From assembly GCF_001194135.2 (NCBI RefSeq), contig NC_068995.1:5721693-5785692 (forward strand): 64,000 nucleotides of DNA, read 5' to 3'. Position numbers and translations under genes: made by a program. Source of the DNA: Octopus bimaculoides. Its lineage: Eukaryota. Positions 1 through 10,960 of this stretch are shown in pieces (position 1 is the first letter of the stretch; every line of letters begins with the position of its first letter). Below the pieces are notes generated by a model. The model did not search any database and was not told the DNA's origin. It saw only the letters and a list, made by a program, of their open reading frames with translations.

Positions 1-31
<31 letters not shown>
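1..31. repeat. (TA)n microsatellite (one of dozens of (TA)n, (CA)n, (TG)n tracts in the window)
   Basis: Direct read of the sequence. Confidence 0.98.
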
Positions 32-36
<5 letters not shown>

Positions 37-69
37 ATTCTTAGCTTTGAGTTAAAAGAAAATACAGGA

Positions 70-385
70 GGATCAGTTAATGGTTTTATTGACCATATCC
101 TCCTCTTAGATTTACACATTTATTGCAGATCTACTTCAGCTTTTTTTAAGCCCTGGAAAAGGACTAGGAAGGCTGGGCATTCAACCCCCGAATCAAGCAG
201 AATCTTTATTTAATGTCAATAGAATGATGTTTCTGGAATAATTAATACTGTACACGAGCAGCTGTAAAGACCTTAGAACTCTGTTTCACTAATGATGTAG
301 AACTTACCTTAGAACTCTGTTTCACCAATGATGTAGAACTTATCCACAACATGACGGTACCACCAATGATTTCTGAGGCCATAAT
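70..385 (-). mobile_element. Possible highly decayed Tc1-like transposase relic
   Basis: Minus-strand frames give GGTVMLW (cf. Tc1 GGSVMVW) and a terminal KCVNLRGGYGQ* (cf. AVIKAKGGxTKY*). Many stops; similarity is weak. Confidence 0.25.
271..342. repeat. 36-bp tandem duplication (2 copies, 1 mismatch)
   Basis: ccttagaactctgtttcac(t/c)aatgatgtagaactta at 271-306 and 307-342. Confidence 0.95.
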
Positions 386-720
386 GTTGCAGAGCTATCA
401 TTATCGGTTCTGTTTATTTCAAACTGTAAGGAAAATTTTATAAGAAATATGAAAATCCTGTGGTTTATTATTTTGAAATAAATATAAAATTCGTTCTGAA
501 ACGTAACATTCTATTTTTCTCCATTGAAGGCCTATCAAAAGAAAGCCCTCTACGAAGTCGTTAGTCAAAACTCGAAGTTCCAGTCAAATATAATTTTATA
601 ATAAATTTAACTGTTTATATTTTATCGAGTTCAACACTGTCGGTAACCATATTCATGATCTCTTAACATTTCACTAAAATATAGACGCTAAAATAAATTT
701 ATATATATATTACTCTTATT

Positions 721-882
721 TGTTTCAGCCATTTGACTGCAGCCATGCAGAACTTATTCTTTGTAAGTCTAGTACTTAGTCTATCCTCTTTTGCCGAACC
801 GCTAAATTACGGGGACATAAACACACCAGCACCGGTTGTCAAGCGATGATGAGATGACAAACACACACACACACACACACAC

Positions 883-920
<38 letters not shown>

Positions 921-1060
921 CGGGCTTCTTTCAGTTTCCGTCTACCAAATCCACCCAGAAGGCTTTGGTCAGCCCGAAGCTATACTAGAAGACACTTGCC
1001 CAAGGTACCACGCAGTGGGACTGAACCCGGAACCATGTGGTTGGTAAGCAAGCTACTTAC
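721..1060 (-). mobile_element. SINE-A, near full length, with internal (CA)n(TA)n tract at 861-918
   Basis: Minus strand starts gtaagtagcttgcttaccaaccacatggttccgggttcagtccc (tRNA-like head with B box GGTTCAGTCC), then ccttgggcaagtgtc. The 3' half matches other copies at 25420, 27990, 6227 and 49090. About 37 bp are deleted relative to the 25420 copy. Confidence 0.9.
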
Positions 1061-2436
1061 ACACACACACAGATACATACATACATTCATACATACATAC
1101 ATATATATATATATACTCGAGCGCGCACGCATATACATACACTGAAACGAATTGCATGTGAATTCTGATAACATATACCAGAATGTATAGTATTGGTGTC
1201 ATCGACGAAGAAAGATTTATAAGGAACTCAGTGAATAAATTATTTTGAGAAAAATTCCTATTGTATCTAGAAAAAGCATGTGTTGATGGCATGAAATATA
1301 CTGCATGGCTATGTCAATAGTCCGTAAGATTTCCCACGATATTTCAATGTAATTTACTACATGTTTGGTTATATTTCCTTAATTCCAGCTATCTGCATGT
1401 CATTGATCATTTATATTCTGGTTGTGAGTCATCGCAGTTTCTATAAACCGTCGTAATCTCACCACGTGCTGCAGCAGTTAGATTGATATCAATGCTGAAC
1501 GCTGATTGCTGCCTTCAGCTGATTGCATATTTAAGAAGGAAGATTTTGCGGTTGAAGAAAATAAGTTGTTATTCAAGTGTTTGGCATAGTTGATGGCTTC
1601 TGTTAATATCCTCATCTTCAGTCTTATTATTTCTATCCATTCATTTGTCTTTTTTTAGGTGGTAGTTTTTTGTTTTTTCCTGAACGCTATTTAAATATTT
1701 AGCTTGAGTGTTGCATCTGCTAATTATCATTATCAGTAGGTTAAAAAACTTGACACCTCTCACCATTTCTTACTTACATTTCTGCCTTCCCCTTATCCTA
1801 ACAAAGAACAAAAATACTTGTGCTTAACTCTATGAGGCATAACTAGGAATTGTTAGAGAATTAACAATAGATTTTGTTACAAAGATAATATAAACCAATA
1901 AAACGACAATGTTTCGTTAGAAATACAGGCATTTCCCATATAAAAGCACGAGAGGCTGCAGTCAGAAACATTCCGTGACAAACGAGGTTTTGCTCTGATC
2001 TCTCTCTCTCTCTATATATATATTTGGTCTTAGCTGAACCGTGACCGATTCTAAATTTCCTGACCGTCATTAAATATTTTTCATATAGAGAAAGCTAATC
2101 TTAACCATTACACTCATATCTTCGAAAATACGCACATTGATTCGTCCAGCCCAAGGATAAAAGTTAGAAAGTGTGGAGTGTCCTTCCAGTTTGCTTCAAA
2201 GTTTAGGGAAGTAATGGAAATCAGTATTCTAGGGACTTCTAGTCCGTTCCTCCATTTTTGTTTGGTTTTGTTGTAGCCTTTTCCTCCTTGTTTTATTTAC
2301 TTTCTCCAGATTTTACCTCCACAATCATGACAAGCGATGGGAGATGGTACTGTTGTAGCCCGAGACTCTTCGGTTTTTCACACACTATAAAATCCTAATG
2401 TTATTAGCAATTATGACGATATGATCACACTTGGTC

Positions 2437-2800
2437 TCACTCTTTCGCAGTTCCGACTAATGATGTTCTAGAAACTGCATTAACGGCAGACATGTTTTTA
2501 TCTTTCTTCATCTTTAACACCTGCTTTTCTTGCTGCTGCATTTCTCCCCACCTTTCTTTTCTTCTGCTTTTCCTCTTGTAGCCAGAACTGACGACAATCA
2601 AATGGACTTTACTACCTAGCTTATAGTTACTACGTAGACTTTCTAACTCCATTATCAGTCAGATTGATATTCATTCTGCTAATGTATATCTAGATGTTCA
2701 TGTAGACTGCATTCTATCCAGGTATAATCTGGGTCACCTACACTCTCAACTCATCTACAGACTGTTGTACAAAGGTGACTACATTCCATGATTGTGCTAG
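2437..2800 (-). mobile_element. Decayed RTE-like LINE 3' end
   Basis: Minus-strand peptide LIVVSSGYKRKSRRKERWGEM resembles the RTE C-terminal LIVEGTCGRGRPRKTWDEV. The match is weak. Confidence 0.3.
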
Positions 2801-2813
2801 AAATTATGGCCAC

Positions 2814-2863
2814 GATTCTCATGTTTCTTAGACCTCATGTTTCTTAGATTCTCATGTTTCTTA
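2814..2863. repeat. 16-17-bp minisatellite, 3 copies
   Basis: ctcatgtttctta recurs at 2818, 2834 and 2851. Confidence 0.9.
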
Positions 2864-3417
2864 AACATGTGTACGGCGTATCATCCCTTCCCATTTTGAC
2901 GTTGTTCCCATCCTTTTAAAATCTAGGCAAATGCCGCTTCCATATGGCCTCTCATGGTCAATGATATCTATACTCTTCACAGCATCAATTAGATCTTCCA
3001 CCAACTCGTCCTGAGATAGAATGTAAGAAAGAACCTTTTTGCTTTGTAAGATGGGACCTCCTTATGACCGTTATCCTGAATAAAGTTGTCAGACGAGTTC
3101 TTAACACACGGCCAATCACTGGATCGCTGTACTAGAAATAGAAGCTACAAAACACATGAATTCTCTTTCACGTATTCGCAACGAAACAGAAAATAGCAAG
3201 AGTTACCGGACCCAGATGAACATAAATTGTTATGCCACCTCTGTTAGGGTGGTGCATCGGCTGAAAATAACATTATGTCGCTATTCTAGGGTATACAGAA
3301 AGATTGAATAGCATCAACGATAATAACATAATCAGTCAACATCTTTAAGTGTAAAATAAAATATTTACAAGCTTAATTTGAGGTTGAGAAAAAGCGACCC
3401 GCTCTCCCTCTCTCTTC

Positions 3418-3456
<39 letters not shown>

Positions 3457-4140
3457 TCATTTATACTTGCATATTTGTGTGCTTTTCATGTATGCGTATT
3501 TATACAGGTAATTTTGAACGCATATTTGCAAGTGCGAGTATCTGTCTGGAGTGTCTGAGCGCGCTGTGTGTATATGTGCGAGCAGGCAAAGAGCCTCCTG
3601 AGAGTTTGGAGAAATTGAATTTACTTGTTGCAATCACGATTGAAAATCAGATCAACTTAAAATAAGAATTAAAGAAACTTGACAGAAGACCATTGTGAAA
3701 GCTATAGATTGTAATTTTGCAGCGATCCCTGTCTAGATAGAGCTGATGAGAGAGAAAGGAGGAAGGAAGATAGTAAGGTATGGGGAGGGAATTTCAAATC
3801 TTTAGTACGAACATCATTAATAGATCTCTTCAACAATCTTGGTATTTTCTATGTAGAAAGACAGACTTCAATGCTGGTATAGAACTGACGTCACAGTTCC
3901 ATTATTGTCAAGCTAACCAAATTATCTACCGATAGATACTACAATTTTTACCGTTTCTTTCTTTTTATATGTGTTACTTTTCTTCGTTCTTTTCTTTGTT
4001 CCCCCCCCCCTCTCTTAATTCTTAGTTTCATACGAACACACAAACGTATAAACTAAACATTTCTCTATTCATATTTATATGAATTTAAATACACATATGG
4101 ATNNNNNNNNNNATATATAATGAATGTCAATATATCACAT

Positions 4141-4192
<52 letters not shown>

Positions 4193-5433
4193 AACCTGTG
4201 TTTATATATATGTATAAACACACATGCGCGAACACACGCGTACTATTATTCTATTACACACAGAAGAATCTAATTAATTTGTTCTCGAATAGTATGTCAT
4301 TTTAATTAATTTTCACCCAGTTATTTTTTCGCTCCCACCACAAAAGCTGCATTAAGTTCACGACAGCACACTATTTTTTTTCTTCTCTATTTTCATTAAA
4401 CTAATTTTATATCTGTTAATTTCATAGTCCAGTGTTCATTGTTGAAGTCAATTACGAAGTTGAATAATTATATTAAAACACCATTGCAAATGTCTTACAA
4501 CTATTTACTAGATCGCCGTAAATATATGCCTATCTGTGAAGACCAAGATCGAAAAAAAGTAATGATAAAGAAAGACGCTATAAACAGGACTATACATTGT
4601 CTGCTGAAAAATTCCTGCCACGAATCTTATTTATTCCAGATGCTATTAAAAAAAAAAAGGCTTTATATATCAATGACGACTACACGAACGCAACTATCAA
4701 CCGCAAAAATTTAAAAGGAATAAAAATAGATAAATAACATATACATCACATTCTTCAGAAATCTGCTGAACTCTAGTTGCTGAAGGAAGAAAGTAAGGAA
4801 ACGAGAAGAATAAAGGATGTCTTCATACATTCAAAGTAAAACGACATTTCGTTCTTACGCAAGGTTTTTTGTTTTCTCTTTTTTTACATATCTTTGGGCA
4901 CTAATTATGAAGAGCATGACTGTCAGAGTTTTCTATAGATAAGAAAAAAATATACATAGGTATAAAAATAAAATTCGAAAGAGCTATCCACCTAAACAAA
5001 ATGGAGTTTATTGATATAAAAGTCAACTGAATGCTACATCCGCCATTTTAGTTTTATTTATTTAGTAATCATCGTAGCTGTTGTTGGCGGTAGTGGTAAA
5101 AGTTATGAGATCGGTGGATGTGGTCATAGGAGATTTAAAGATGATGTGGGGGTACTTAGAGAAGGTGTTTTATAATCAACAAGTTACGTGATAATAACAG
5201 GCTGATGGTTAGTAGACGGTGTATCACATTTTGGCAAAACGTTCAATTCTTGATTGAACTATTTCCTCTCCACTGGTCCTTCTTAATTGCAATTTGCAAT
5301 AATAGCCAATCGTCTGGATTAGCGCCGAACAACGCAACGATTTTAATGAATTCATGACGTTAATCTGTTTTTTACTTACTATACCGAGGTCAATTTGTTC
5401 TTGTTGTAGTCTCTTCATACCACATCAGCTAGT

Positions 5434-5434
<1 letters not shown>

Positions 5435-5518
<84 letters not shown>
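5435..5518. repeat. (GA)n microsatellite (others at about 13661-13690 and 13872-13935)
   Basis: Direct read. Confidence 0.97.
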
Positions 5519-5522
<4 letters not shown>

Positions 5523-5929
5523 GAGAGTGCATAATCTATGCATGACATTCTACACTAGATTGTACACTCGTAGGCCCCAATGATAAATTACAGCTTTCAG
5601 CTTTCTCTATGGGTTGCCTACGCCAAAATACGTTTAACCCATAAAGCACTGGATTTGCACTTACATAGCATGGACTGCTGAGCACATTTTATGAAAATGA
5701 GACTACCACGCACATATAAAAAGCAAAAAAATATTTTAAATATCTTCTTAATATATAATGGCGGCAAGTTTTACATCATCAGAAAAGTCATTAGTTACAT
5801 TCTGCGGGGGTATCGGAGCGTATGAGTTACATTAGACCCAATAAACGCCCATATATTACATACATCTATCTGGGCCATGATCGTAGCCTGTCGACCTGTG
5901 CGTGACGGCCACGACCGTGGCCTGTCGTA

Positions 5930-6045
5930 CTTTAGGTCGTAAGACTGCTCATACATTCGGGTGTAAGTTCCATCTTGCTTGCAGCCCAGTTCTTCAGTAA
6001 ACGCCCAGAATGTTGCTCCAGATAAAAGAACCGACTGCACCGTTG
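5930..6045 (-). mobile_element. RTE-clade LINE reverse-transcriptase C-terminal fragment
   Basis: ORF 5795..6040 reads QSVLLSGATFWAFTEELGCKQDGTYTRM, matching the RTE motif VESVLLYGSETWTLTKxLEKxLDGxYTRMLR. Confidence 0.6.
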
Positions 6046-6226
6046 CACAGAAAAAATCCTCTTTTGGTAGTCTGACTGGGCTGATTTCTAGACATCAAAC
6101 TTTTCACTCACACAAAAACACCCCTACAGCTCCAAGTATATGGCATACTATCCTATCACATATTTACTTACACGTAATTATATATATGTCTAAGTGTGTG
6201 TGTGTGTGCGTGTGTGTGTGTGTGTG

Positions 6227-6414
6227 ACCCCCTCCTCATCACTTGAGAAACGGCGCTGGTTTGTTTACGTCTCCAGACTTAAATATTTCGTCGAAAAGAG
6301 ACCGATAAAGTACCTGAATTCAAAAGAAAATAATTACTGGGGACGATCCACTCGACTAAACGATACCTCAAAGCGGTACTCCAGCATGGCCGCAGTCTAA
6401 TGACTGCAACAAGA
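6227..6414 (+). mobile_element. SINE-A 3' half, following a (TG)n tract
   Basis: ggtttgtttacgtc...aagtacc...ctggggacgat...ctccagcatggccgcagtctaatgactg is the reverse complement of the 25420-25640 copy. Confidence 0.8.
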
Positions 6415-6415
6415 T

Positions 6416-6439
<24 letters not shown>

Positions 6440-6446
<7 letters not shown>

Positions 6447-7139
6447 ATAATTAAGGGATCAGCAAACATTTGCTTCACCACATACCGAAGTTCAGAAATA
6501 GCAGCTAAAAAAGCTGAGACTCCAACAGATAGCATTACTTGTAACTCACAAAGGCAAAAACAAGAAGAAAACGAACCATTCGAAGTTAATCATAGACGCG
6601 TTTCTGGATTATGAGCAATACTCAATTTCCTTCATCGGTATGATATTCTAGTAGTAAATTCGACTATGCTAGCAAACTGTGCACGCATGAACGAGTGAAC
6701 ATTCATGCATCGGCACAACCTGGAAGCATAACCGAACCTACATCGGCCAGCCAGTCCACTATTTCCTCCCCAAGAAATTACAATGTGCGTCACAAGCAAT
6801 ACCGCAGAAAATTTGCGGTTTACTATCAGGCAGTGAATAATTATTACAATTAAAAGGGTAAAGGTTTATCAATTTATTAATTTATTAATAAATCAACAAT
6901 TAATAATTTTTACCAAGCCCTTGGGTATGTAAACACCATTATCGGTGGAGAACTTATTTAAAAATTCTTATACATTTATAAACATAATTAAGGGATCAGC
7001 AAACATTTGCTTCACCACATACCGAAGTTCAGAAATAGCAGCTAAAAAAGCTGAGACTCCAACAGATAGCATTACTTGTAACTCACAAAGGCAAAAAATT
7101 AATAAATTGATAAACCTTTACCCTTTTAATTGTAATAAT
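6440..7139 (-). mobile_element. Penelope-like or retrozyme-like relic: 121-bp direct repeats, 44-bp inverted repeat and hammerhead motif, abutting (TA)n
   Basis: 6440-6560 equals 6977-7097. 6840-6883 is the exact reverse complement of 7096-7139. Hammerhead motif at 6589-6644. The PLE assignment is inference from architecture; no RT or GIY-YIG ORF remains. Confidence 0.55.
6589..6644 (-). ncRNA. Minimal type I hammerhead ribozyme motif (variant core)
   Basis: Minus strand: AUCAUA-CCGAUGA-AGGAAAUUGAGUAUUGCUCAUAAUCCA-GAAA-CGCG-UC/-UAUGAU. 6-bp helix I, helix II (GGA/UCC plus UGAG/CUCA), palindromic ACGCGU helix III and a GUC triplet. Deviations: U4 is C and the 10.1-11.1 position is A-A. Confidence 0.65.
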
Positions 7140-7140
7140 C

Positions 7141-7194
<54 letters not shown>

Positions 7195-7264
7195 AGAGAG
7201 AGAGAGAGCTTTGCAGCTTGATGCACTGCGATGCAGAAGTGAAATAATAAACCATGTAAGTGGA

Positions 7265-7417
7265 GAGCTTATTACAACGTGAGAAGTAAGAGTTTAATAA
7301 CCTTTATAAATTTCAGGCACAAACACCCACCAACAACCGTTCACTATGAAGATTAGCCTTTGTGCTTAAAATATATAAAGGTTATTAAACTCTTTCTTTT
7401 CGCATTGTAAGAAGCTC
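7265..7417. repeat. 59-bp inverted repeat (51/59 identity) around a 35-nt loop
   Basis: Arms 7265-7323 and 7359-7417 aligned by hand. Confidence 0.9.
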
Positions 7418-7883
7418 GCCGTCTTCGTTAAATACATCATAATATCGTGTTAAATAATTTATTCACTGTTCGGTGTTTGAGGTTAGTTTTCTCGCTTATT
7501 TATTGTCAAGAATTTATTAGTGAGTGATTGATAAATTGCAGATATTTATTCAGAGAAAATATAATATAAATTTTCTAGAGACAGTGTCATGTTTTCAGAC
7601 TGTATTCAAGCAGAATGAGTATCAACGAAGTCATAATTAAGAACGGCTTTATGGTTAATTATATTTAGAGTCGGAAAACGTATTGTATTCTGCTATAGAA
7701 TTAATTAATTTAATTTACAGTTTTTATTTTATATCAGTTGTGTCGTAGACTCATTCGGAAATCATATGTATGTATCTATTACTCCACCAACCTACCTACC
7801 AACCTATCTGTCTCTCTGTACTTGCCTGTCTTTCTATCAACCTTTTGTGTGTGCTTGTAAATAAGTCTGCATTNNNNNNNNNN

Positions 7884-8260
7884 TATCCTTATGGGTGCAA
7901 GAATGGCTGTATGGTTAAAAAGCACGCGTTATAAGGATATGATCTCGAGTTCAGTGCCACTCAACTATGGGCAAATGTTTGCTTTGACTGGGTCGATCGA
8001 TGCCTTGTGATTGAAATAGGTAGAGAGAAACTATGAGAGATGCCCATCATGTATTTATATGCGTGTGTGTGTGTTTCCACAACCGTTTGAAACCCGCTTG
8101 TGGTTGCTTCCATCCTCGTGAATCAGTAGTTTGGTAAAAATGACAGATTAAGTACCAGACTGAAATAAAAATATAATGGAGTGTCGATTTAGTCGACCAA
8201 ACTCTTTAAGGTGGTTCCTCAGCATGGCAGCATTTTAATGACAAGCAAGTGAGAAACGTA
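7884..8260 (+). mobile_element. SINE-A, old full-length copy
   Basis: Head atggctgtatggttaaaaag...gagttcagtgccact, short internal (TG)n, tail ttaagtaccag...ctcagcatggcagc. Confidence 0.75.
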
Positions 8261-8699
8261 AGAAAAAAGGTAAAACAGTACTATGTGTTTTATAAAATTC
8301 AAAAATTAGTAGTTTTTATAATCAAATGAAAAGTTAAAATTTCGCTCGATTTTCCACCAGCCAAGTTTGTAGTTTTTAGGGTGCTGACTTTGAGAAAGAA
8401 GCTAATCTTGACCTATAGCAAAAAACTAGTAAGGAAAAATGGCGTACACTCAAGTATAACGCCTTCGTTTATACATCAGATTGTTTTGCCTAAATTCTAA
8501 CTAAACAACGAAGCCATTACGCTGCATTAATGTACAACAAAGAGTGACAACGGAGAACTGACTACGCAGTGATACATCCTGCTAGAAATAGCCGCTTAAA
8601 CTTCCTTAAAAGTTAAGACAAGATTGATAGTGTAATCCTACGCACATTTCCATTTTATTATCTATAGGTGTATTTGACAATTTTAACTTTTTTTATATT

Positions 8700-9060
8700 T
8701 TAAAAGAGAAGTCCCAAAGAAGGGGAGAAGTCATAAGAAGCGGGAAAAGCAATGATATGGAAGAGAATCTCCAAGTCTGGCAGTTCGATGGAAAAAAGCC
8801 ACAACTGTAGAAAGACTTCTTTCTACGTGGAAACATAATTGCATTTGGATGAAAACGCTGTGAGTTCCGTATCATCCGAGATGACACAAGGCGACCTGGA
8901 ACTAAGACAGAACATTCACCAGAGCACTCACTGTGATAATAAGAGTAGCAAACAAACTAAGACTGGCAGGGTCGCGTCCATGTTGTAAGGGTTGCAAAGC
9001 TGAAGAGAGGTCCCAGACAAATTAGAGACTAGCTTCTGAACCCAGTCGAAAAAAAAATCC
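8700..9060 (+). mobile_element. Old RTE-like LINE relic
   Basis: With frameshifts: KATTVERLLFYVET* (cf. ATVESVLLYGSETW), SSEM, and KLRW..HVVR..RGPRQI (cf. RLRWAGHVVRM..R.PKQI). Confidence 0.45.
8932..8981 (-). CDS. Candidate signal-peptide exon (MDATLPVLVCLLLLLS), unverified
   Basis: Acceptor cctctcttcag before 8999, Kozak-like aacATGg at 8981, donor ca/GTGAGT after 8932. It lies antisense to the RTE relic, so it may be coincidental. Confidence 0.2.
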
Positions 9061-9235
9061 AAGTATTTTTTCAGTATGTCATAGATATTGGTCATAGTCA
9101 CGATAAGCATCTAATTGTTGCATTTTAATTCTTAGAAAGAATTAAAATGTGCCATGTGTGATTCACATATGCCCGTCTATCATACATACATATATATTCG
9201 TTGGCATAAAAGCCCGCCCCGCTCTCTCTCTCTTT

Positions 9236-9281
<46 letters not shown>

Positions 9282-10143
9282 TACAATGTGTGTTAGTGTG
9301 TGTATGTGTATGCAAATATATACATAAGTCAAAGATACAGACACCGAGAAAGGCCTGTAGGTAGACACAGAGATGTACACACAGACAGAAGAGAACGTCC
9401 ATTGAGCAAAGTTGTGAAAGCACCTGTAAGTAATAATCGAATATATTTGTTCGATACTCTTATTGAGTTAATTATAAAATGTCATGCAAATCGATTGGCG
9501 TATACCTACACACGCTGGAGTGTATATATGTATGTAAATCTGTTTATCTGCATCTATGACAGTGTGTGATAGTGTAGATCACAGGAAAATACTTATGACT
9601 TTCTATTTATTTAAACATCGCTCTATTTGATTATATGTATGTATGTATATATATATATAAATATATGTATATATATGCGCGCAATATATTTCTCTTCAAA
9701 ATGTAATGAGTAGAAATAACCCTCCGTATTTCTTCTTTTGCAACATCATTCCACCCACAACGTCTCACCTAGCCACCATTCCATTCCTGAAATCAATATT
9801 TCCGTCATAGAATAATAACAGCATTTTTTTTCTCTTTGATTAAAAAATCAATATCTGCTTTGCCGAAGTTCGATGTGATATTTTCGTTATTCTTTATTTT
9901 ACTTCATGTATTTTTTGTTTTGTTATAGAAATTAGTGTTTCGATTCTTAAGAAACCTATGTCAGCTGTAAAAGTATTTAGAGAAAGAATTATGCTTCTTT
10001 GAAAAAACTATATGGCAAAACAAAAAAAAGACGAAAAAACAACCGTAACGAACATTCAGAAACACAAAATATACGAGGAAAACAAATAAATATAGAACAC
10101 ATTATCGCACCAATAGCGTATCCCTTCATACTCTAAACACAAT

Positions 10144-10336
10144 GCCCGAAATTTTGGGGGAGGGGGCCAGTCGATTAGATCGACTCCAGTATGTAACTGG
10201 TACTTAATTTATCGACTCTGAAAGGGTGAAAGGCAAAGTCAACCTCGGCGGAATTTGAACTCAAAACGTTAAGACAGATGAAACACCGCTAAGCATTTCG
10301 CCCGGCGTGGTAACCATTCTGCCAGATCACTGCCTT
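10144..10336 (-). mobile_element. SINE-B
   Basis: Minus strand: aaggcagtgatctggcagaatggttaccacgccgggcgaaatgcttagcggt...gagttcaaattccgccgaggttgactttgcctttc. tRNA-like A and B boxes are present. Confidence 0.9.
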
Positions 10337-10749
10337 GCACCAACAGTGTATTGCATGTATGTTATGACGGAGGGAGGGGAAGAGAACTAATGAGAGGATT
10401 AGATATACATTTATCTCAAATTAAACAACTTTTGTAGAGAGATTGTGGAATTTCAACTGATTCTCCAACAAGGGATTTTTATCTTCTTTGAAACGCGACA
10501 AAATCTCCAGACTCACAACTATGTCATATGATGTGCTGCATGATTTGGTAGAAATGTTTGAGCGTTGGGTAAAATTCCTTCATGGTTATTATTTAAAGTG
10601 CTTGCAGCTGTAAGTTCAAATCTCTCCGAGGTAATCGCTTTTTTTTTCTTTCTGCAATATCCTGGAGTTGATACAATTGTAACATTGTTCGAAATGTGCT
10701 GCCTAGTCTTGACGTATGAAGTCACTACTTCTTTTGATCAACAATAGGA

Positions 10750-10960
10750 GTAAGCTGGCACAATCGTTAGAACATCAGAAAATATAATGTGCGATATTTC
10801 TTTAGACTTTTTTTGTTGGTTCAAATCTTGGTTCAAATTCCGCGTAGGTCAAATCTGCTTTTAATAATTTCGAGGGGCAAAATAAAGCCCCTGGGATCAA
10901 TGTAATCAACTATGATCTCCTCTTGCAATTGCTAGCGCTTTACCTGAATCAGTAACTATT
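10750..10960 (+). mobile_element. SINE-B, old copy
   Basis: agctggcacaatcgttag...ggttcaaattccgcgtaggtc...ctgggatcaatgtaatcaact. Confidence 0.65.

Noticed and set aside
4428-4559. Open frame between tttcatAG and aa/GTAATG (QCSLLKSITKLNNYIKTPLQMSYNYLLDRRKY...)
   Set aside because: Weak splice sites, AT-rich background composition and no motif.
5380-5428. 49-nt minus-strand segment between a (CT)n acceptor and GTAAGT
   Set aside because: Stop codons in all three frames; it shows how often such signals arise by chance.
5635-5650. TTAA-CCC start resembling a piggyBac terminus
   Set aside because: No matching GGG-TTAA end or inverted repeat nearby.
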